Program-made: the position numbers and the translations under genes
Assembly: GCA_965153455.1 (NCBI GenBank)
Contig: OZ234493.1
Coordinates: forward strand, 24,232,213 to 24,296,212
Origin: Sphagnum compactum
Taxonomy: Eukaryota
Direction of reading: 5' to 3'
Length of the DNA: 64,000 nucleotides
The notes under the pieces: generated by a model
The model's input: only the letters and a program-made list of their open reading frames with translations
Databases searched by the model: none
What the model was told of the DNA's origin: nothing
In this document: in pieces, positions 1 to 11,826 of the stretch
How the letters are laid out: each line of letters opens with the position of its first letter
Numbering within the stretch: the first letter of the stretch is position 1

Positions 1-1250
1 TATTGGGCATCAAAAAATAATGTGAAGGAATACAAAGTCTATGCCACAATGATATGGATGTTTGACCCGGATTTTGTGAACAACTTGCGACAAGCTCCTA
101 AGGACAATTCGTGGCCAGCTAAACTGACAACCACAATTATAGGACCTGTTTAGTATGCCAAGCAAAATATTCATTAATAGAAGTTGCATGCAAGAAATGG
201 TCAGAAAATGAAAGTGATCTAAATAATGACAAATATGAATTGCTAAGTGATTAAAATACGATGCAAACTAGGAAGCACTACTCGAACAAAAAAGGAGCCC
301 CAATGGAAGAGGAAAAAGGAACCCCAATGGAGGAGGAGGGGGACTCAAAAACATTATCGCAATCAACATTTAAAGAGGAGAAGATTGAAAAAACATGGAT
401 AAAGAATGTTGTGGGTCAAACAACTGAATCACTATCGAATTGCGGCATCAAGAAGAATGTGGGTCACCATCATATGTTCAAGATCACATGTATAAGTGAG
501 GACCATTAGAAAAATTGTAAGTACCCCATTTTTTGTAAGAATTTGGAATGCCCTATAAACAACACATGCCATTGTTAAGAATAAGAAACTAGAATCGATA
601 GAACTTATTTCATAATATTGACTCATTATACGTAGTGGAAATAATCAACAAGGAACATAGTGAAAAAACAAAATTGGGAAAGATGTCAGAAGAGACCAAC
701 ACTGAATTTATTTTTATTCTGCCAAAGAACCCTAAAAAAAGTGATGTGAATAGGCACATTAGAGATAGTGAAGATAACATCACAACTTTGTCAGGATGTA
801 GGCATTCAAGTGCAATTGAAGAATTGACGGAACAATTTGTAGACAATTTCAATCTTCTTGGCTTCAAAGAGAAAAAAGCTTAAAAATGCAAAGTACCCCA
901 AAAGGAAAAGATCTTGGAAAATAACATTTTAAAAATTATTTTAAGCAATAAAAAAACAAAGGATGCAACATCTTTTAGTGAAAAAGACACTTAAATAAGA
1001 TGCTAGTCATCATAGAAAAGGACATCCAAGAGTTTAAATACACATAAACAATGTACTAAATATGTCCATATTCAAGTTTATCAAGCATTGACATCTAAGA
1101 ATTCTAATCCAAAACAACAATGAATTAACACTGCAATCATACAAGTTTTAGATAATATCATGGTAGATTTATATATTCCATGGTGCACTTTCCATTTGTA
1201 GGACAATTCATATTTTTTTCTGATGTTTGTGCTCACCTTATTGGAGAAAG

Positions 1251-1450
1251 TGGAAGGGATATAAGAATTTGTGATTTCCTTCCACCTACATATGTTCAAC
1301 TCATTTTGATTGTCATATATATGAAAATTGTCATCTTTTTCCACCCAAACAAATTTGAAGTCATATGCAATGTCATATATATGAAATTTGTGATTTTCCT
1401 ACAAAAGAACGATTATGAACTCTTATGCAATATCATATATATGTTAAATT
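1251..1450. repeat. Degenerate ~60-bp tandem repeat (3+ units)
   Basis: 't(g/a)tcatatatatg' recurs at 1311, 1371 and 1431 with an exact 60-bp period, with similar flanking sequence. Confidence 0.75.
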
Positions 1451-2469
1451 TGGGATATGTTGTAAGATAGTTAAAAATTTGAAGTTATAATAGATAAATC
1501 AATATTTGAATATGAAATTTGAAATCCGTTATAAGATATTCAAATATTTGAAGCCATTATTGATCAAATAAAATTTTATTATGGAATTTGTGATATGCTG
1601 GCACCATAACAATTTTGAATTTTACTCCAGTGTTAGATATATACAAAAGTTGTGAATTACATTGTGGGAAATAATGCAATAAGTATATTCAACAAATGCA
1701 TCCATACCAAGGGCTAGCAACTACCTATATAATGCTGACAAATGAAACATGGTTACATAAGTTAACAATGTTCAAAGCAAATTTACACACTACACATCAT
1801 GGATTTATTGCATAAGCATGAAGGGATTTGGTACACATGATAATGGCAATTTTTTTGAAAAGTCAATAGTAGTTTTCAAATTTGTAAACATTATTACATT
1901 GTTATATTCAATTTAGAGCCTAGTTAGTAAATCGCTTTTGTAGGAACAATATTTCACATGGGTTTATGATATGTGCATAATTAATTAGTATTTGTTAAGA
2001 TTTTTAACAAAAAAAGAATTATCAATTAAACAATTTGAGATGAGATGTGAAAACATCATGTTGATCAAATGAGTTGGAAAAAATGGAACAAAACCTAAAG
2101 GTTTGAAAAAAAAGCCAGAGTTCAAAAGAACCTATCTATAAGTTCATCCTCACTTAGCACAAAATAGAGCTACTATATCTAGGATGTTTTGTTTGTACAT
2201 GTGAAGACGAAATGGTGGAAAAATGACGAGCCGTAGCTTCTGAATATTCTGGCAACAAATGAGTCAATGGCAAGCTAGGGAATAATTCTTCACATGCAAA
2301 AAAAAGAAATTTTCTCTACCTTGGAGGCGACCAATTTTTGCGACAAGCAATGGAATGTTAATTGTCATTGAAGTTGAACAAAAAAAAACAATAAATACTC
2401 GAATTTGTGAAGGTTAACTTATTCACAATCAATATTGAATCTAAACTTCTTTTAAATAGGAGCATTCAA

Positions 2470-4900
2470 ATTATTTTCCTCCCCCACAGCATCAAATTGC
2501 TCCTCAATAACATCCAATTGTGGTTGCAGAAGCTCAAGATAAACATCACGGTCCAACTCAAGCATGTGGAAGCATTGATGTTGACCTTTAAACTCCCAAG
2601 ATGCAACAAGGTAGGGAAAAGTGATTGGAAGGTGTCAAGGTGGATCTCGTGTGCAACTCTAAAAGGCAAGCCACTGTTCGACACTATCATAGTATCTTGT
2701 GTGGTCCAATTAAAGAACACATCATCATCATGAATGCTTCTTTATTATATATCTTGGGGATCTATTGAAAAAACAAAACTCCCATTCTCATGCACAAGCA
2801 AAAGAGCCTTGCTCAGGAGAATTTGTGACAAATAGTATAAGAGAAATATTAGTATGGAGCTCATGCAAACATTGGAAGCCTTGTGAGAGTTCGAAAAAAG
2901 GATTACCTTCTTATTGGGAATTCAAATTTTGTGTTGTTGTTGCAACCTTAGCCTCGGGCTCATGACCAAGGCAAGGGCTAGCAAGGTTGCGAGCCAAGAG
3001 GAAAGCCCGGGAGTCACACCACATGCTCCCGGGAGTGTAAGAAAGTGTGAGGGAATGAACCCTCACACTCCCAAGGGAGTTTTCACTTTGGAGTTGAAGT
3101 CCCGGTGGATTCCTGAATTTTTAGAGGGCGATTGCAAGGGTCAAAACTCATTGGATTGAAGAATTCTTTACATCATTGGAAATATCTTGGAACGTAGAGG
3201 TCTAAAATGGGCTCGCATGACCCATTTGGACATCTGAAACACAAGTTATGGCGAAAAGAAGGGCCGGGAGTCAAATTGACAATTTGACTCTTGACCACTA
3301 AAAGTCATGAATCGACCCAATTTCCTTGTGTGCAGATGGTGTGCGACATACCGTTGAAAAGCTCTTGATGAGAGCTATAACTTTGCTTTAGATCTCATCT
3401 CAATCGGAGGTTTGCACGCAAAGTTATGGGGCCCCAAAGTTGCGAGAGTCCCAACTTTGGCGATTTCGGAGTCCTGGGACAAAATGTCATTTGGATGTGG
3501 GCCTCGTGGAGAGGCACAGAGTATACTATAAGGGGGAAGGTGGTGGCTTCCCCCAAGTCCAGGCCGTGGTGAGTCTTCTGAGTCCGAGTTGCCCGTGGCT
3601 CGTCCTAGCACCAAAAGTGTTCCAAGTATGCACTAACCACTTTGTGTTGGTTGTGTAGGTCCGTGTGAGTAATTGATGCTTGTCATTTTTCCTAATCCTA
3701 TCCCGGAGGTCCAGCACGCCCCTCTACCCCTCCAAAGTGCTGCAAGCCAGGGAGCTTGCCCTGACTCCTTACCTCTTCTGTTGTTTTATGTTTGGACTCA
3801 CATTTGAGTCTTTTAACGAGTTGGGAGCGCGTCAGTTGTGCATATTGTTGACGACAATAAACTTTGAGTGAATTTTGAAGTTCTAATACTCCAAATAGGA
3901 CTTTCTGTCTTTCAAAACTTGAAAGTGGTCATCGTAAAAAATGAAGACAGATCCATCCCTTGTAAGATACTTGTTTACAAAACTGAAAATGGAGACAACA
4001 TAGTTGTCCATTCTTGCATTCCACTTGAGAATTATTAAAACGGGGTTCACCACATGCGGGACATGCAAATTTCCTAGGATTTCAACAATGATGAGGTCCA
4101 TTTTGTCCTTTGGAAAATCTTGCCATAATTCGATATGATCCAAGTTATCGAATCCAAACAAAATAGGTAATTCAACGAGGAATTATTTCTTGAACTAATC
4201 TTACCTTCTTCCAAAAATGTTTTACATCATGAAAGCTAGGAGGCCATGCATGAGTTGAAACTTTTATCTTCACCAGGGAAGGCTAGTTGATATTTAGAGC
4301 CTTGGTAACCAACCTTAGGGTCTTGTGCTGGTAGTGAATATTGGGCTTGGAGGTGGTTGAACATGATATCTCCCCTTTGAAGTTTCGAGCTACTCTTATA
4401 CAAGTCTTATCCTCCTTCACATGTGTGATGATGGTTCAGCAACATGACCTCTCCTACTCCTAAAAGATCCAAGAAAGTTTTCCTCCTAAGCAGCACGGTT
4501 AAAAGAATCTTGGAATTCTGATAACCGTGCATTTACATCTTGTTTAGGGTTCTCCATGTCAGTTGTAGTTTGTGTGACCCCTGGAGTGCCTAAAACTTGG
4601 ACATCTTTCTTCTTCTTTTTCTTCTTGTCAATATCTTCTTTCTTGTTTCGTTAAGAAGATGCAAATTTCTCCAAAAATCCCAAATCAAATTTCTCTCACT
4701 TTAACCTTTATGAAATAAAAGTGCGGTCTAAAGGACAATCAAGTTACCAACCATAATATAGCAAATGAGAAGAACCCCAATCTTTGACAAGCTCCTTTTT
4801 GTACATAATGTTGTTAGATTTTGGATTGCACCAAATGCTGAAGAGTCCAGACATTTCCTAAATGGCATTTGATAGAAGCAACACACGAAAGAAGTACTTA
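2470..4900 (-). pseudogene. Decayed gene with a putative beta-class N4/N6 DNA-methyltransferase-like domain, split by a solo LTR
   Basis: Minus-strand translation gives ...KMDLIIVEILGNLHVPHV...WNARMDNYVVSIFSFVNKYLTRDGSVFIF...KSYLEY*NFKIHSKFIVVNNMHN | LTR | TKFEFP..., then DDDVFFNWTTQDTMIVSNSGLPFRVAHE...GSLKVNINAST. The order resembles motif IV (DLIxxDPPY), then L.PGGS.FI, then C-terminal motif I (GD.VLD...STG). Several stops and frameshifts. The family call is pattern recognition only. Confidence 0.45.
2938..3834. mobile_element. Solo LTR (~897 bp) of an LTR retrotransposon
   Basis: Starts TGTTGCAACC and ends GGGAGCGCGTCA (TG...CA). Identical 5-bp flanks GTTGT at 2933-2937 and 3835-3839. Clearly homologous to 37554-38373. 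Confidence 0.9.
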
Positions 4901-5759
4901 CAAAATTCAATTAAAAAATAGTGAGGTGAGAATTAGGCATAGAATGACTCTCCACATCACCCAACAAATGCACACTTAAGTAATGTTGAGTTGGTGCCAA
5001 CTAAACAACAACCAAGATATATTGGATCTACTAAGGGCTAGTGAGACCCATAGAGGGCTCCAATGGATTTCAGTCAGCACCAATTGAGCCCCACTCGAAT
5101 GAAACGTAATGAACCTACCTAATTTATCTTAATTAGCTTTGACTAAATCTTAGTAGAAGCAATTAGGTCTTTATTGAAATTTCAGTCGGCACCAACTGAA
5201 TCCTAATAGGATATTGCATAGTGTTATCCATAGCAATATATCACTAATAATTGTTATCAATTAACATCGACTAAATCCTTATTGAATTTTATTAAATTAG
5301 AAAGGATTTATCTATAACCATAATGGTTACAAAAACATTTCAATCGACAAATGGGAAGCGTCGAACCCTACTACAAGCCTCAATAATGGCATGACTCAAA
5401 GCAAATTATTGATGCATACAATTTTTCACCTATAAAACACATGATTCAATGCTTTGTTTACTTTAGTTTGAAGTTCCCACGTCTTTCTTCTTATGATCCC
5501 ACTCTGGACCTTGAAGTACTCCCTATAGAATGTCAATTCCCATAACTCAAGTATTCACTTTTGAATATAGTCTAAGAGATACAGGACCTTAACTGATTGA
5601 TCAATGGTGACATTGAGGTCGAGTCAAACAACTTGATTGCCTCCACTTCTAGTTGCAAAATTCTAGGAAAAAGTCTATAAAATTAAAAGATGATTGGCAT
5701 TCCAAAAACCATATCTAGATCTGTACATGGAAAACAATAATATGACTTTAGATGAAAAT

Positions 5760-7910
5760 CAAAATTGGTGCCAAGAGGTAATTATGTGAAGCCATTTATC
5801 AAAAGGTGCATCTAGAAATCCATGCTTTGCAAAATGTGTGGATGTTGTTTGATCACGTTAAACATGTTCAAGGATGGGCGACCATGGCTTGTCACATTTA
5901 TGACCTAGTCTATTGTAAGGTCATGACAATTGCAATCTATGACATGCAATCTAAGGACACTAAAGCTCAATGCATTGTGTGGAAGAAGTTGAACGCAATT
6001 GTTAAGAAAAGAAGGTTGGGTATGTTCGTTTTCAAGGGGTTCTTGGTGAATAGTGCATGAACAAATTGGAATGTTGTTCACATCATTTATCGGACTGGAG
6101 ATCCTACGGTGAAGATGGTTGACAAAAAACATATGTGTTTTTTTTGTTGGACTTAGTCTCTTGACAGACATACTAAGTAGTTGATCGCACCTAAGTTCCA
6201 TGATCAACACAACCCTCTGTTATGATTATGAGAAAGTCACATCCTTGGAGGAAGCTAACCTTTGATATGCTACCATTTGGTCGTGGAGGTACTCGTCTGG
6301 AACTACCAACGAAGGCATTATTCAAGAGTTCAACAATTGGCTTGGCTTTTGGCACTTTCGTATGTGACGATGGGGAGGCTTCATGTTGGATGTAAGTTCT
6401 TCCAAACTACTTTGTTCAAATTTTATTTTCCATCTGTCCTTCTTGAGTTCTAATTTCATTCTTTTATGTGCTTGTAGAAATTATCTTTGGACAAGGAAGT
6501 TGATATGTCAACTAATAATTTATCTGAGACATTCCATAACATTTGGTTGCAACAATCTAACAATAAGGGTATTTGCTTCTTTGTTGCAACGTCCCACGAT
6601 TATGTGTGAACATTAAGGTAGTCCTCAGTATATCATGCCTTCTTACAAGGAGATGTATTTGGGACTAGTCTAGACAAGAATGAATTGCATTTGTGTAAGG
6701 TTAATCAGTTTGGGGACCCTGTTCAAATTGTTACTACAGTTGTTAAGTACACCTTAAGCTTTAGTCTTTCCGCTAAGATACCACACTTAGAAGGTGAAAA
6801 AGTGTTTGGATTAAGCTGACGCAAGGCAAACCTTCCACTTGGGTCATAAGCAAACACACATTGGCATGACCAGGTGAACTTTTCTAGTCCAAAAGTGGCC
6901 AATGCAACGGATCCAATCAACTAGTTGTTAGCTGTGGATGTGGGGGAGACCAACGGCCTTGATATTGTTATCATGCACCCACAATGGTGTGGAGGTCCTT
7001 GAATGCTTCTATGGGGACGACATTTGTTGAATTCAATGTTGTCCCCCAAAATCAAACAATCATTGTTCAGTGTTGCAAAAAGACACTAAATGTTACTGTA
7101 AAGGCAAAATCATTTCAAAATAAATAGATTGTGGTATTATTGCTTCATGTTATGTTGGTTATTGGTCTGGAGCCAAAGGTGTATCAATTGAGCTACATAA
7201 GTTTTGGTTTTGTCATGATGACCTTATGCATTATGTGGGAAGGACAAATAAGAAATGTGCACTCGATAGACTAGCCTTGCTTGCCTTATGGCATGTGCAA
7301 GCAAGGACAGATCTCACTCAAATTGAGGTGGTGGCACTGGAGGAGGCCAGTTTTTTACTCTTGGAGAAGCCAAGATCTCCCCTTGTTAATTAGGTTGGGG
7401 ACAACACATCTACACCCGTAAACCACCTTCCGCATGTGCCCTTTGGAATTTCTTTGGCAATGGTACTTCTACCCATGTCTATAAGCCATTGGATCCATAT
7501 GTTGGCCCAAATCAAGGAGTGGGAAGAAGATTTGTTGTGTAAACTATCCATTTTGCAAGAAAACAAGTGGGAGGTGGGACAAACTCTTGAAGCCTGACTA
7601 TTAACTTCATAAAACATTCCTCCTCCCTCATGATATCAACAGATTTATCACCTCCTTTTAAGACTGCCAGAAAATTGTAAGCAATATGAGGTAATGATTA
7701 CTGATTACCCATTTTGCAGTTGCATGGATTTTTTTTCCAAGATGGTTGTCCCTCGCAAGTAGGGGTCGTGGGTGCCATGTAAACACTTGTATTACATTTT
7801 GCTATATGCCATGTACTCTAGGATTAGAAAACCATTCATCCACTATCCATCCTGGAGCTAAAATGAAGTTCATAGATTATTAAATCATGCCAAAGTCTTG
7901 GAGGTAAATT
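5760..7910 (+). pseudogene. Decayed Mutator-like (MULE) transposase with C-terminal SWIM zinc finger
   Basis: Translation FDHVKHVQGWATMACHIYD...FKGFLVNSA*TNWNVVHIIY...HMCFFCWT* resembles a decayed MULE D...CxxH region. At ~7680-7800, YEVMITDYPFCSCMDF...WVPCKHLYYI gives the SWIM CxC...CxH pattern. Many stops. Confidence 0.65.
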
Positions 7911-8219
7911 AGGTTTAAGTGTCATTAGATAGTTGTTAAATAGGACTATTATGGGTTCTGTTATTTTAAAATTGATTTTGCTACAAAAATAAATATTCTT
8001 CAACATGATATGTATAATGCATTATTCACTAATTTCTCAAGCATTTTCCCATTCCATGATTATGTGAACTTCCTACCATTGACTTATTGTGTGGTTTGAT
8101 TTAATTTACACAAGTTAATGTTTCACCTTTTAACATTGTAATAGCTCCTTTGAGTTTCACCTTTGACACCTTTTTTTGCGAATGAAATTGGACATGAAAA
8201 TTATGTGAGTCTAGTAATT

Positions 8220-8700
8220 TCCATTCATCATTATTGTTTTGGAATCACTTTCATCCATACACTCAACCAACCAAGAGTTTCATCCAAATAATTCCTCTAC
8301 TTCCAATTATCATCCAAAAGTTCATTCATGTTCCACGTTCATCCAAATATTTCATCCATTTAAAATTTTTCATCCATGTACATGTGATTTTCATTTGGCA
8401 TAATTATTTAGGAATTGGTTTCATCCATACAATTTCAACCTATCAAATCTTTCATCTAAACAATTCGTCTACTTATAATTATCATCCAAAAAAATCATTG
8501 ATGTTCAACTTTCATCCAAACTTTTCATCCATTTTGTGATTTTCATCCATGTACATGTGGAAAAATATTTTCCATGTCATTCTTATGTGGCATAGGGATA
8601 TTCATCAAAATATTCTATCCATTCTTGCCCACATGCTCATGTTCACAGGTTCACATTCACATGCTCATGTTCACATGCTCACACTCACATGCTCATTTCT
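8220..8700. repeat. Low-complexity degenerate repeats (TTCATCCA-type, then CACATGCT-type)
   Basis: About a dozen 'tcatcca' motifs over 8250-8620, followed by tandem 'cacatgct/ctcatg' units over 8630-8700. Confidence 0.7.
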
Positions 8701-8989
8701 TAACATTGCTGATGGCTCCTTTCCCCTTGTGTGTTTTGCATGTAAATGAAACAATGAGAGCAAGTTGTGCAACCTCATGGTTTCCTCGGTCAAATCCAAG
8801 TATCCTACATCAACCCAAAAGTAACCTTATCTAAGTTTATAATCTTTTAAAAATGTTCTTCTATATTGTAAAGCTCTGAGGCATGTCTACATAGTACTAC
8901 ATAGTATTGTTAGTTAATTTCTAACTTATTAGTAGGATGATTTTCAAGTGTTGTTTAATGGATTGTTGAACTTCAACTATATGGAAAAG

Positions 8990-9760
8990 TTTTGTAGCAA
9001 CATATTCTTCCCCCTATTATTGACCTTGAGTACAATCGATTTCTTCATTTGATGCGTATTCCTTTTAATCATTTCCATGGTTGTTGATGCTTAATGTAGT
9101 GTGAATTTTTGAAGGTCAAGTTTTATTGTCCATTGCCTTGGGGTTGAAAGGCCAAATACGTGTAGCCTTGAACCCAACCTTGATGTTTTTTTTGTGAATC
9201 TTATTTGGTTCCATGTGATTACTTCTAGACATACTTGCATCCTTGAGCTTTCTGAATGTTGTTTTAAATGGCTTGAAACAAAACACTTTTAATGGTTATA
9301 AAACATGTGATGTATGAGATGGTAAGATAATCATGTTTAACTTAAACTCTTGTGCCTGTTCTATTGCTTCTAAGGTAACATGATTGCCATGGCCATCCAA
9401 AATTAACAAATGTCAATTGGTAAAAAACATTCCACTTAGAACAAATTTTGTAAAAAAACAAAAAACTTCTTGAACAACAAAAAAAACATCCAAGCTTTCT
9501 TTACATATATTGTTATGTAAGGTCATGGTTGGCAAAATTTGATGTAATCATCCCATACTCTTTCACCTCTGAAAATGTAAAACCGTGGTAAAACACATGT
9601 TGCAACATTTACTGCACAATTTATAATTAATGACTCCCAAAACTTGGGGATGGTGCTATAAACTACATTTGATCTTTTCCTAATTGTCCATCATGGCAAA
9701 ACCTCCCATCAATGCCAAAACCCTTACTCCAAATTGTCTACAAGCCTATATGTTTGTTTC
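8990..9760 (-). pseudogene. Decayed pogo/Fot1-like (Tc1-mariner superfamily) DDE transposase remnant
   Basis: Minus strand ~9415-9250 reads HLLILDGHGNHVTLEAIEQAQEFKLNMIILPSHTSHVL*PLKVFCFKPFKTTFRK, matching the LLxLDGHxSH...LPxHTSHxLQPLD..F.PFK signature of DDE_1 transposases. Confidence 0.8.
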
Positions 9761-10399
9761 ATTTGTATTATATATATGATCTACAATGTAATTGTATTGG
9801 TTGTAGGTCCATAAAAAAAGACCGCATTTGAGGATAGGATTGCACCACTAGATATGGCAACCATTGTGTGAAAGCATGGATGGGATATATCAGTGAAAAC
9901 CACCCGAAGATTTTAGATTGGCAATTGGGACAACATGACCCCAACATAGATGACCTTTGATAAATTGCAAAGGTTAGTGCAATCAATTGTGACATTAGAG
10001 GAAAAATTGCGATGGCTACAAATTTGGAATTATTATTTGTTTGAAAAGGAAAGCAAAAGTTTCCCACTTGAGCCTCCAACGAAAGAAACTTTAGAGCTAT
10101 GGATGGCAAAGTGCACGTTTTGGCTCCAATTGATAGAAGTTGCACAAAACTAGATCAAAGGTATGTTAAATGCAACAAAAGGCCAACCAATGTTGAGAAT
10201 TAAAGAAGGATCGAGATTCATTCCGATTTTAGATTACTTGAGAAATGTGTAGACGACATATTTCAACAAGGTCTTCTTTTTTAAAATGCCAAAGGACAAA
10301 ATGAAGGCCAAAGGAACGATCTTCAGGAACAATCTCCAAGATTACCAACTAGGGTTCCAAAAAGTGTTAAATCCTTGCATCTACATGTACTACTTCTAC

Positions 10400-11250
10400 A
10401 CATATAATATTGATTACAAGTAGTATAGGAAACACAAGCAAGAATTTATTTCACTTCTAGCAATTGTTCCTTTAGATGTTATGCGAGCATGTTTCTGCTC
10501 CTATGCAGCTCTTGCAACATGGGCTTGGTTATTAGTTCATCCTTTCATGTCCTTTGCCCATTTTCTTACAACATTTCATATTTGTTTTGATATACCACAT
10601 CTTACAATTGCGCATCTTTCACGATGTCAACGTGGTCATACCATTAATGATTTGGGTATCCGTTTGTTACGTTGTTCATGCTGGAGTGAATGCATTGTAG
10701 CCCATGATATGCTTCGAAATATCGTTGCAGTTATCGTGTCGGAAAGTGGAGTTCATGTACAAAGAGAAGTTTCCCACCTTTTCCCTTGCCATACATGGAG
10801 ACGAGTGAATATTGTTATCACCATAGATAGTTTCCAAACCTTGGCGGACATTGTCATTGCCAATTTGAGTCGTATAGATTTGGTGTAGTGTGTTTCGACG
10901 ACGACAACACATGTAGTAACAATTGTTGTTCAAAACAAGACATGATTTTACACAAAGCGAACATTAGAAGATGATTTCATTCCCCTTGCCATAAAAACCT
11001 ATGGTTGTTTCCATCTTCATTTTGATTCCTTTTGACTTCTTGTGTACATGCTAATATAATTCACCATCAATAGACCTCCTTGGTACCTTATATCTTGATA
11101 TAGGCAACAAATGTTGATAACCCTATAAAATGTGCAAACCATCACGATTCCAACGGGTTGCCATGCTTAGTCATAGTTCTTCATCTATTCCACACATACT
11201 AGCTAATGCACCTTTGTAATTAGTTGATTTATAACAAGGGATGCCCTTTT
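10400..11250 (+). mobile_element. Decayed 3' portion of an RLE-type (CRE-like) non-LTR retrotransposon
   Basis: ORF 10481-10888 and its continuation read A..WL...H..CQRGHTINDLGIRLLRCSC...AHDMLRNIV...REV...RVNIVI...LADIVIAN, then (after stops) DDFIPLAIKTYGCFH. This is a decayed Zn knuckle followed by restriction-like endonuclease motifs. Confidence 0.7.
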
Positions 11251-11365
11251 AGCATTACGTCTTCCACTTCATTACTATTATTTTGATTGTCTTGGTTTTC
11301 ATTTTGTGTGTTTAAATTTGCTTCAACATGCCTTGTACTTTTGGTGAATGGATTTTCATCTTTGT

Positions 11366-11367
<2 letters not shown>

Positions 11368-11404
<37 letters not shown>
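11368..11404. repeat. (TA)n microsatellite
   Basis: Uninterrupted AT dinucleotide run. Confidence 0.95.
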
Positions 11405-11408
<4 letters not shown>

Positions 11409-11624
11409 TTTACTATTTTTGAAAGATGATATTTTGGCTTGTGTTGAAAATTGAGATTAATTATAGAGTTACAATATCTTGAAGGATTTTGGTTTCTTTT
11501 AGAAGATTCTTTGAAGATTATATTTTCGAACGGTGAAATATTTGAGTTTTCATAATTCTTCTTTTGCCTTAAGATACTTTTTAATGCAAATGGCAAGGCC
11601 ACACTGTGACACACCCCTTGTTTT
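11405..11624 (+). mobile_element. 5'-truncated copy of a ~320-370 bp Helentron/DINE-like non-autonomous repeat
   Basis: Near-identical to 39950-40146 and 55350-55595. Ends in ATGGCAAGGCC...GTGACACAC-CCCTTGTT. Confidence 0.75.
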
Positions 11625-11826
11625 GGGAATGCCTCCACTCTGGGGATTTACCCTACACTTCGATTATCGAGCGAGTGGCAGTTGTTTTCAGGAAAGCTGC
11701 TCGTCGCAACTTGGTAAAGCTGCCAGTGTGTCGAGCGAGCAGGGAGGGGTGAAGAAGAAGAAGAAGAAGAAGGAACAAGGAACAAGAAGAAGAAGCAGAA
11801 GGGGGAGGAGGAGGAAGAGGAGAGGG

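Noticed and set aside
1-1100. Short charged ORFs (261-509, 635-883)
   Set aside because: Fragmented by stops, with no recognisable motif or coherent splice model. Probably a decayed TE or gene fragment that I cannot classify.
2914-3871. Several overlapping ORFs of 63-81 aa (also 37846-38216)
   Set aside because: They lie inside solo LTRs and are not conserved in frame between the two copies.
11533-11826. In-frame N-terminal extension of Orai (poly-K/R)
   Set aside because: It starts inside a repeat element and runs through a GAA/GAG-rich 5'UTR-type tract. The ATG at 11827 is the more plausible start.
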